DNA from: Bdellovibrionales bacterium | Lineage (GTDB): Bacteria > Bdellovibrionota > Bdellovibrionia > Bdellovibrionales > UBA1609 | DNA length: 64,000 nucleotides | Assembly (NCBI GenBank): GCA_965261545.1 | Contig: CBDHDF010000002.1 | Span: forward strand, 352,001 to 416,000 | Reading direction: 5' to 3' | In this document: in pieces, positions 45,982 to 54,592 of the stretch | Numbering within the stretch: the first letter of the stretch is position 1 | Layout: the number at the start of each line of letters is the position of its first letter | Translations under genes and position numbers: made by a program | Notes under the pieces: model-generated | What the model was told of the DNA's origin: nothing | Databases searched by the model: none | Seen by the model: the letters and a program-made list of their open reading frames with translations, nothing else

Positions 45982-46938
45982 CTAGAACACCTTCGGAGAA
46001 AATTCTTTTTGATTAGTGATGGTGGCACTATTGCCGGTAGCTCGGATTACAAAAAGACCTTTTTTTTCAGCCTTGTTATGAGCCCCTTCATTGGCCTTCA
46101 AATAAGCTATGGCACCGTAAATTATCTTGTCTTTGTACTCTGGAAAAATATCTTTAAACATGCCGAGCTTTTCTATAAAATGGTCAAGGTGATGATTTTT
46201 TAAAGTGGTTTTTACTTCCACAACAACAACCTCCCGCCCATTGACTGCAATGATATCAACCTCGTATTCTTCTCCATTCCGCCTGCGAAAATTTTCCTGG
46301 GCAAGCCCCATCACTTGGATATTTCTTTCATTGAGAAGTCTTACCAAGTCACCTTTAACAAGGCTTTCTATCAGTTTTCCCCATTGCCCCGTAAATAATT
46401 CGTTGAGCTCTTTCGTTCTTTTTTCCAAGTGAGCATGGCGAATATCTGCCTTTTTGGATATTTCTTTCAAATAACGATCTGTCTCCTTCCTTTCAAGGTC
46501 GGCCTTCTCCCTTTGAAGTTTGGCTTCCTCCCTTTGAAGTTTGGCTTCCTCCCTTTGAAGTTCGGCCTCCTTGGACATCTCTTTGAAATGACGGTCTGTC
46601 TCCTTCCTTTCAAGGTCGGCCTTCTCCCTTTGAAGTTCGGCCTCCTTGGACATCTTTTTCAAATAACGATCTGTCTCCTTCCTTTCAAGGTCGGCTTCCT
46701 CCCTTTGAAGTTCGGCCTCCTTGGACATCTTTTTGAAGTGATGGTCTGTCTCCTTCCTTTGGAGATCGGCCTCCTTCCTTTGGAGATCAGCCTCCTTGGA
46801 CATCTCTTTGAAATGACGGTCTGTCTCCTTCTGTTGGAGACTTGTCTCTTCTTGGGATTTTGCTACCTTCTCCATAAGCTTCCACACAACTTCAGGACCT
46901 ACTTTCTTAGCACTATCTGACATTGACACCTCCATCAC
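45982..46938 (-). CDS. A14: coiled-coil PD-(D/E)XK-like protein
   Basis: Intact ORF. Confidence 0.88.
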   Translation of the reverse strand: MMEVSMSDSAKKVGPEVVWKLMEKVAKSQEETSLQQKETDRHFKEMSKEADLQRKEADLQRKETDHHFKKMSKEAELQREEADLERKETDRYLKKMSKEAELQREKADLERKETDRHFKEMSKEAELQREEAKLQREEAKLQREKADLERKETDRYLKEISKKADIRHAHLEKRTKELNELFTGQWGKLIESLVKGDLVRLLNERNIQVMGLAQENFRRRNGEEYEVDIIAVNGREVVVVEVKTTLKNHHLDHFIEKLGMFKDIFPEYKDKIIYGAIAYLKANEGAHNKAEKKGLFVIRATGNSATITNQKEFSPKVF

Positions 46939-47262
46939 CCATTGGTTTCATTTCACAAATATCACACAACAAAGGCACATGCAAAAATAAGTCCTTATCT
47001 TCATTTTAACCTCATCTTCTATGCCCACAAAGCATTCAAAAACACCAAGATTTACAAAAAAGCCAATACAAGACGCTTTTTAAGAATCTCCTCCAGCCTC
47101 TTCTTTCTTTTTTTTTGGCTTTTATAGTCTTTGTCGTTCCCATGACTCTTCAAGTTGAGCACTCTCCTGTACAAAGGGCTCAGTAGACTCGCTGTATCTA
47201 CAGACTCGTCACTGTAAAAGGCTCCATAAGCTTCTTTAACGAGGTATCAAAGTCCTTTTTGC

Positions 47263-48156
47263 CTAGAACACCTTCGGAGAAAATTCTTTTTGATTGGTGA
47301 TGGTGGCACTATTGCCGGTAGCTCGGATTACAAAAAGACCTTTTTTTTCAGCCTTGTTATGAGCCCCTTCATTGGCCTTCAAATAAGCTATGGCACCGTA
47401 AATTATCTTGTCTTTGTACTCTGGAAAAATATCTTTAAACATGCCGAGCTTTTCTATAAAATGGTCAAGGTGCTGATTTTTTAAAGTGGTTTTTACTTCC
47501 ACAACAACAACCTCCCGCCCATTGACTGCAATGATATCAACCTCGTATTCTTCTCCATTCCGCCTGCGAAAATTTTCCTGGGCAAGCCCCATCACTTGGA
47601 TATTTCTTTCATTGAGAAGCCTTACCAAGTCACCTTTAACAAGGCTTTCTATCAGTTTTCCCCATTGCCCCGTAAACAATTCATTGAGTTCTCTTGTTCT
47701 TTTTTCCAAGTGAGCATGGCGAATATCTGCCTTTTTGGATATTTCTTTCAAATAACGATCTGTCTCCTTCCTTTCAAGGTCGGCCTTCTCCCTTTGAAGT
47801 TTGGCTTCCTCCCTTTGAAGTTCGGCCTCCTTGGACATCTTTTTGAAGTGATGGTCTGTCTCCTTCCTTTGGAGATCGGCCTCCTTGGACATCTTTTTGA
47901 AGTGATGGTCTGTCTCCTTCCTTTGGAGATCGGCCTCCTTGGACATCTTTTTGAAGTGATGGTCTGTCTCCTTCCTTTGGAGATCGGCCTCCTTCCTTTG
48001 GAGATCAGCCTCCTTGGACATCTCTTTGAAATGACGGTCTGTCTCCTTCTGTTGGAGACTTGTCTCTTCTTGGGATTTTGCGACCTTCTCCATAAGCTTC
48101 CACACAACTTCAGGACCTACTTTCTTAGCACTATCTGACATTGACGCCTCCATCAC
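47263..48156 (-). CDS. A13: coiled-coil PD-(D/E)XK-like protein
   Basis: Intact ORF. Confidence 0.88.
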   Translation of the reverse strand: MMEASMSDSAKKVGPEVVWKLMEKVAKSQEETSLQQKETDRHFKEMSKEADLQRKEADLQRKETDHHFKKMSKEADLQRKETDHHFKKMSKEADLQRKETDHHFKKMSKEAELQREEAKLQREKADLERKETDRYLKEISKKADIRHAHLEKRTRELNELFTGQWGKLIESLVKGDLVRLLNERNIQVMGLAQENFRRRNGEEYEVDIIAVNGREVVVVEVKTTLKNQHLDHFIEKLGMFKDIFPEYKDKIIYGAIAYLKANEGAHNKAEKKGLFVIRATGNSATITNQKEFSPKVF

Positions 48157-48480
48157 CCATTGGTTTCATTTCACAAATATCACACAACAAAGGCACATGC
48201 AAAAATAAGTCCATTATCTTCATTTTAACCTCATCTTCTATGCCCACAAAGCATTCAAAAACACCAAGATTTACAAAAAAGCCAATACAAGACGCTTTTT
48301 AAGAATCTCCTCCAGCCTCTTCTTTCTTTTTTTTTGGCTTTTATAGTCTTTGTCGTTCCCATGACTCTTCAAGTTGAGCACTCTCCTGTACAAAGGGCTC
48401 AGTAGACTCGCTGTATCTACAGACTCGTCACTAAAAGGCTCCATAAGCTTCTTTAACGAGGCATCAAAGTCCTTTTTGCC

Positions 48481-49503
48481 TTAGAACACCTTCGGAGAAA
48501 ATTCTTTTTGATTGGTGATGGTGGCACTATTGCCGGTAGCTCGGATTACAAAAAGACCTTTTTTTTCAGCCTTGTTATGAGCCCCTTCATTGGCCTTCAA
48601 ATAAGCTATGGCACCGTAAATTATCTTGTCTTTGTACTCTGGAAAAATATCTTTAAACATGCCGAGCTTTTCTATAAAATGGTCAAGGTGCTGATTTTTT
48701 AAAGTGGTTTTTACTTCCACAACAACAACCTCCCGCCCATTGACTGCAATGATATCAACCTCGTATTCTTCTCCATTCCGCCTGCGAAAATTTTCCTGGG
48801 CAAGCCCCATCACTTGGATATTTCTTTCATTGAGAAGCCTTACCAAGTCACCTTTAACAAGGCTTTCTATCAGTTTTCCCCATTGCCCCGTAAATAATTC
48901 GTTGAGCTCTTTCGTTCTTTTTTCCAAGTGAGCATGGCGAATATCTGCCTTTTTGGATATTTCTTTCAAATAACGATCTGTCTCCTTCCTTTCAAGGTCG
49001 GCCTTCTCCCTTTGAAGTTTGGCTTCCTCCCTTTGAAGTTCGGCCTCCTTGGACATCTTTTTCAAATAACGATCTGTCTCCTTCCTTTCAAGGTCGGCCT
49101 TCTCCCTTTGAAGTTTGGCTTCCTCCCTTTGAAGTTCGGCCTCCTTGGACATCTTTTTGAAGTGATGGTCTGTCTCCTTCCTTTGGAGATCGGCCTCCTT
49201 GGACATCTTTTTGAAGTGATGGTCTGTCTCCTTCCTTTGGAGATCGGCCTCCTTGGACATCTTTTTGAAGTGATGGTCTGTCTCCTTCCTTTGGAGATCG
49301 GCCTCCTTGGACATCTTTTTGAAGTGACGGCCTGTCTCCTTCCTTTGGAGATCAGCCTCCTTGGACATCTCTTTGAAATGACGGTCTGTCTCCTTCTGTT
49401 GGAGACTTGTCTCTTCTTGGGATTTTGCTACCTTCTCCATAAGCTTCCACACAACTTCAGGACCTACTTTCTTAGCACTATCTGGCATTGACGCCTCCTT
49501 CAT
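48481..49503 (-). CDS. A12: coiled-coil PD-(D/E)XK-like protein
   Basis: Intact ORF. Confidence 0.88.
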   Translation of the reverse strand: MKEASMPDSAKKVGPEVVWKLMEKVAKSQEETSLQQKETDRHFKEMSKEADLQRKETGRHFKKMSKEADLQRKETDHHFKKMSKEADLQRKETDHHFKKMSKEADLQRKETDHHFKKMSKEAELQREEAKLQREKADLERKETDRYLKKMSKEAELQREEAKLQREKADLERKETDRYLKEISKKADIRHAHLEKRTKELNELFTGQWGKLIESLVKGDLVRLLNERNIQVMGLAQENFRRRNGEEYEVDIIAVNGREVVVVEVKTTLKNQHLDHFIEKLGMFKDIFPEYKDKIIYGAIAYLKANEGAHNKAEKKGLFVIRATGNSATITNQKEFSPKVF

Positions 49504-49714
49504 TCATTGGCTTCACTTGACTTCACCCATTGGTTTCATTTCACAAATATCACACAACAAAGGCACATGCAAAAATAAGTCCATTATCTTCATTTTAACC
49601 TCATCTTCTATGCCCACAAAGCATTCAAAAACACCAAGATTTACAAAAAAGCCAATACAAGACGCTTTTTAAGAATCTCCTCCAGCCTCTTCTTTCTTTT
49701 TTTTTGGCTTTTAT

Positions 49715-51464
49715 CCTGAATTCTACAAAAATGGTAACAAGGTTTAGGTCTAAAGTCTAGAATCTGACTTCAGAACAAATATAACGCGGTTTCAGACCTC
49801 TTTTGAATTGAAAGAATTCAAAATCCTTGTTACCATTGGTAACAATGTCTTATTTACATGAGCAAAAGAGAAACGGTAAAATTTACGTTTATGAGATACA
49901 CGGCTATTGGGACTCAAAGAAAAAACAATCTCGCCAAAAAAGAACCTATTTAGGGCGTAAAGATGAGGTCAGCGGTGAGATTAAAACTAAAAAGAAAAAA
50001 GTCCCTATAGGCTCCTATACTGTTGGATCTTTATATTTTCTGAAAGAAATTTGTAAACAATCCAAACTACTTAAAGTTGTCAAACAAGTTTTTCCTGAGG
50101 AATATGAAAAGATTCTTCATTTGTCATGTTTTAAGATTATAAAGAAAGAGCCTTATTATTTTTATAAGTCTTGGTGTGAAGAGTCTTACGTTTCCAAAGA
50201 AATTTCTATGGGATCGACCAAAACTAGTAGACTTTTACACTCTATTGGTCAAGACGAGAAAAAAATAGATATTTTTTTTACAAATTGGATAAAAGAGCTT
50301 AAATCTACTGGCTCTATCCTATTTGATATTACATCTATTTCTTCTTATGGGTCCAAAAATGAATTTTTGGAACGAGGTTACAATAGAGATGGCGAAAATT
50401 TAGAACAAGTAAATTTGGGTTTGATTGCACGAGCTTCCAGCACTAATTCAATAGGCTTACCTTTAGCTTACAGGGTATACCCTGGCAGTATTACGGATGT
50501 AACGACACTGAGGAATGTAACAGATCTTGTGGGTAGATATAAGTTAAATCTTGATATTTTAGTGATGGACAAAGGGTTTTATAGTCAAGAAAACATAAAG
50601 AATATGAACAAACAAGGCTTGAGCTATATAGTTCCTATGAGCTTCAGCACTCAGAAATCTAAAGAAATTTTATTTGACTTGCATGACAAGTTATTATCTC
50701 CTGGATCATTATTTGCTTTCTATGAGCAAGTATACTCCTACTCTAAGAAAGAAATAGAAATTGGAAGTGAAAGTTGTATGGCTCATGTTTTTTTAGAAGG
50801 TAAGAGGCGGTCTGATCAGGAGTCTATTTTTATAAGAAAGATATCAGATTTAGAAAATCTTTTTTTAGAAAAAAATTTTTCAAGTAAGGATGATGCATCT
50901 CTTTATTTGAAAGAGACATTAAAAACTAAGAAAAATTTTTTTTTCATTGAAGAATCCGAGAATAAATTTGTAATTGAGAGAAACCTCAATGTTTTTCGAG
51001 ATGAGATGATAAAGATGGGCTGCTTGATTCTCATCACTAATAACATTCAAATGGATCGGGATGAAATTTTAAGATTATATAGAAGAAAAGATTGTGTAGA
51101 AAAGGTTTTTCGTGCTTTTAAGCATGACATAGATGAGAAAAGAAATAGGACACATTCGTTGATCGCAATGAGAGGAAGTATTTTCATTAATTTTAGCTCT
51201 TTAATTTTGATTACATGGGTTGATCATGTGATGAAGAAAAATGAGCTATACAAAAAAATGACAAAAGCCGAACTTTATAAGATATTAGACCGTCTCAAGT
51301 TGTATGAGCTAGCCACAGGCACTCCCATACTTGGTGAAGTGTCAAAAAAGCAAAAAGATATTTTGAAGGCGTTCAATGTAAGTACAAATATTAATCCCAG
51401 CCGTCGCTTCACAATGTCAGGACCTTAGGCCAGAATCCTTGTTACCATTTTTGTAGAATTCAGG
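49715..51464 (+). mobile_element. IS1634-family element c (flanks do not form a TSD)
   Basis: TIR CCTGAATTCTACAAAAATGGTAACAAGG; flanks TTTTAT and GAGAAT. Confidence 0.92.
49845..51428 (+). CDS. IS1634-family transposase, intact
   Basis: FDITSISSY, RGYNRDGENLEQVN, MDKGFYS and YRRKDCVEKVF motifs. Confidence 0.92.
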   Translation: MSYLHEQKRNGKIYVYEIHGYWDSKKKQSRQKRTYLGRKDEVSGEIKTKKKKVPIGSYTVGSLYFLKEICKQSKLLKVVKQVFPEEYEKILHLSCFKIIKKEPYYFYKSWCEESYVSKEISMGSTKTSRLLHSIGQDEKKIDIFFTNWIKELKSTGSILFDITSISSYGSKNEFLERGYNRDGENLEQVNLGLIARASSTNSIGLPLAYRVYPGSITDVTTLRNVTDLVGRYKLNLDILVMDKGFYSQENIKNMNKQGLSYIVPMSFSTQKSKEILFDLHDKLLSPGSLFAFYEQVYSYSKKEIEIGSESCMAHVFLEGKRRSDQESIFIRKISDLENLFLEKNFSSKDDASLYLKETLKTKKNFFFIEESENKFVIERNLNVFRDEMIKMGCLILITNNIQMDRDEILRLYRRKDCVEKVFRAFKHDIDEKRNRTHSLIAMRGSIFINFSSLILITWVDHVMKKNELYKKMTKAELYKILDRLKLYELATGTPILGEVSKKQKDILKAFNVSTNINPSRRFTMSGP

Positions 51465-51903
51465 GAGAATAGCATGGGGCTCTTTTTTGGCATAGCCATG
51501 GATCACCTCGCCCACAGGACGAGGCTATTTTAATTTAGTATAGACGCAATGCCGTTTCCTTAAGAAAAATCTCTTGAAATCATTAGATAAATCGACAAGA
51601 ATAAGACTTGTTTTATTTTACACCCAACCCTCAACCAAGGAGTAAGTCACATGCAATCCAATATTGATCTCGAAAGCCCCCAAATGACGAGTTCGCGTCA
51701 CAGATGACCATTTTATTCTACCAAAACTTGATTCTTCCTTCAAGCCAGAGCACCTTGTCGATCCAGAAAAACAAAAAAGGAATCGAAAATTTAATCCTCA
51801 AATTTTCTTTTTTACCATTATCTATCTTATTGCCGGAACAAATTACGAAGGCTACCAAATCGCTCTTAAGACGGTATGGACTCATTTTGGTGACCTGCTT
51901 CTC

Positions 51904-52950
51904 ATGCCAGTCAAAAGCAGTCTCAGCAAGATACGTCAAAGTATTTCTTACCTATTTTTCAAAGATATCTTTGAATCTCTGATTACAGACTACGAACCAT
52001 TGAGAAAAACGTTTCATGGTTTTTATATCTATGCCATAGATGGCGACCAATTAGCACTTCCTCGCTCTAAAGATCTTTTAAAGGAGGGTTATTGTGGGTA
52101 CCCTTGCCCAAATGAGATGGAAACTCATTTCTTACGTATGTATCTATCTCATGCTTATGACGTTTTATCGGGTGTGACAAAGAATCTTTGCTTTTCTCCC
52201 GCTCTCAACGAAATCGCCAATGCTATTCAAATGATAGGTAGTTTTGAGAGTAATAGCATAACTCTCTACGATAGGCTTTATTTATCTACAGAGATTATTA
52301 AGGCCCATGCTCAAGCCAGTAACTTCTTTATTGCGCGTTGTAAGCGAGGCTCTACTTTTATCCCCATTGTAAATTTATTTAATGGCCCAGGTTGGTATTC
52401 ACGAATGGTTATTGAGGGGGTGGTCATTCATCTCTATAAGTATAAAAACCCAAAGACTGGGGAGTTCTCTGTTTTGGCCACTAATCTTCCGCATGGCTCC
52501 TTGGACAAGAAGGATATGGTTGCTCTTTACTCTCGTCGTTGGGAAATAGAAACGACATTTCGTGATTTTACATCGACAATGAAAATGGAGCAGTGGCACT
52601 CAACAAGCCTTAATGGAATATTGCAAGAGCTGTATTCTTATTTTTGGCTCTTCAATTATACAAAGATTCAAATGAGCATAAATGAGGATGAAGACAGTGT
52701 GAATCAGTTGGTAAAAAATGACTACAAAAAACCTAACTTTAAACTGATTCTTGATTTCATAATGGATAGCATCCCCCTTTTTGTTGCGGGGCTCTATCAG
52801 AAATTTAGGAAGCAGATAAAGTTGCTGATGAAGATTTCAATGGAGAAGAGGAGGCACTTCAAAAGAAGCTATGAAAGGTCTATCAAAAGGGCTGGGAGTT
52901 CTTTTAAAAGAAATAGCTTAACGCAGAGGCAGAGGGGTGTGGTGGCTTAA
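51904..52950 (+). CDS. IS4-family transposase
   Basis: As copy 1. Confidence 0.88.
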   Translation: MPVKSSLSKIRQSISYLFFKDIFESLITDYEPLRKTFHGFYIYAIDGDQLALPRSKDLLKEGYCGYPCPNEMETHFLRMYLSHAYDVLSGVTKNLCFSPALNEIANAIQMIGSFESNSITLYDRLYLSTEIIKAHAQASNFFIARCKRGSTFIPIVNLFNGPGWYSRMVIEGVVIHLYKYKNPKTGEFSVLATNLPHGSLDKKDMVALYSRRWEIETTFRDFTSTMKMEQWHSTSLNGILQELYSYFWLFNYTKIQMSINEDEDSVNQLVKNDYKKPNFKLILDFIMDSIPLFVAGLYQKFRKQIKLLMKISMEKRRHFKRSYERSIKRAGSSFKRNSLTQRQRGVVA

Positions 52951-53045
52951 GGAAAGAGCCTGTAAACTATTTTGTGTAACTGCCGAATCATATTAGGATG
53001 AACTATCATCCTGAAAGGAGAAGGCAGAATGGATATCAAGACAAT

Positions 53046-53671
53046 GTGTGCCACGAAGTCACGGAGGTGACATGCTGATGTGAAGATGGAGGTAGGTCCT
53101 CCGCACTCGGATTTCAGGATTTGAGTGCAAACAACCTTGCTGCTGCATGGGAGGCAAGGCCCTTGTAGTGAGCGAGCAAGGAAAAGGCCGTAGTAAACGG
53201 TCATGTAAGTACTAGGGAGATGAGCGAAAGCAAACCCACCGACGACGCATCGAAAGATTAACAGTCGCGTCAAAACCGAAGGAAGGTTGTCTCCGTCGGG
53301 ATAAGTCTAGAGGAAGCCTGATGACCGATCTAGACGGCGTGCGGTGTATAGGGGGCATGAACCTAGTACAGGCTTCGTATCGGAACGTGGGAACCTGCTG
53401 GTGGATGATAAGGGAAACGCTATAAGGGAGACCCCCGAAGTGCTAAATACCGATGCCACCAACCAGGGGCAGAGTGATTCGTAGTAGTGATGAAGTTCTT
53501 GTAATGAGAATGGAGCGAAGGGGTCACATGATTTATGGAAGTAGTCAGGCCAACTTGGTTATGCTGAGGAGGAGCCTAATGAAACGGAAAATCATAGGAG
53601 CCGTGTGAGGGGAGACTTTCAAGCACGGTTCTGTGAGGGGCAGTGGGGGAAGTTCCCACTGCCTACTCGAT
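53046..53671 (+). ncRNA. ORF-less group II intron, copy 2
   Basis: Same 626-nt sequence as 38314-38939. Confidence 0.93.
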
Positions 53672-54297
53672 GTGTGCCACGAAGTCACGGAGGTGACATG
53701 CTGATGTGAAGATGGAGGTAGGTCCTCCGCACTCGGATTTCAGGATTTGAGTGCAAACAACCTTGCTGCTGCATGGGAGGCAAGGCCCTTGTAGTGAGCG
53801 AGCAAGGAAAAGGCCGTAGTAAACGGTCATGTAAGTACTAGGGAGATGAGCGAAAGCAAACCCACCGACGACGCATCGAAAGATTAACAGTCGCGTCAAA
53901 ACCGAAGGAAGGTTGTCTCCGTCGGGATAAGTCTAGAGGAAGCCTGATGACCGATCTAGACGGCGTGCGGTGTATAGGGGGCATGAACCTAGTACAGGCT
54001 TCGTATCGGAACGTGGGAACCTGCTGGTGGATGATAAGGGAAACGCTATAAGGGAGACCCCCGAAGTGCTAAATACCGATGCCACCAACCAGGGGCAGAG
54101 TGATTCGTAGTAGTGATGAAGTTCTTGTAATGAGAATGGAGCGAAGGGGTCACATGATTTATGGAAGTAGTCAGGCCAACTTGGTTATGCTGAGGAGGAG
54201 CCTAATGAAACGGAAAATCATAGGAGCCGTGTGAGGGGAGACTTTCAAGCACGGTTCTGTGAGGGGCAGTGGGGGAAGTTCCCACTGCCTACTCGAT
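53672..54297 (+). ncRNA. ORF-less group II intron, copy 3 (directly abutting copy 2)
   Basis: Junction ...CCTACTCGAT|GTGTGCCACG... Confidence 0.93.
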
Positions 54298-54347
54298 AGG
54301 CAAGGAACTAGCGAAGAACGTCAAGACCCAAAAGGATTTATCCGACA

Positions 54348-54592
54348 GGGTGTGCTAACGATATACTGTAGATTATATACCCACAGCGTCAATTTGTGCC
54401 CTCTTCAATCAGCATTTAGTCATAGGTTGAGCTCGACACTGTCGGTTTAAGGCCTTAAAATTTTCATCAATCCCTTAAAAGTTCAATACAAAGCACTTGC
54501 AGAGTCAATCTTGTGGGTAGATTCTTCTTAAACTGATAGTATTAAGTTAGACTAAAGGACGGTAATTTCTACAGTATATTATTAGCACACCC
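54348..54592. mobile_element. 245-bp MITE
   Basis: 25-bp TIR GGGTGTGCTAA(CG/TA)ATATACTGTAGA; 8-bp TSD ATCCGACA. Confidence 0.92.

Larger units (their letters stand above)
44490..49714 (-). repeat. Tandem gene array, inverted right arm (4 A+spacer units)
   Basis: Reverse complement of the units at 32-38 kb. Confidence 0.96.

Noticed and set aside
1..49503. Diversity-generating retroelement as the source of A variation
   Set aside because: No reverse transcriptase or template/variable repeat pair; variation is module indels and shared alleles, not adenine-specific substitution
1..49714. The whole array as an assembly artefact
   Set aside because: Copies carry distinct in-frame repeat structures, private SNPs and unique IS insertions with correct TSDs; exact copy number still needs read support
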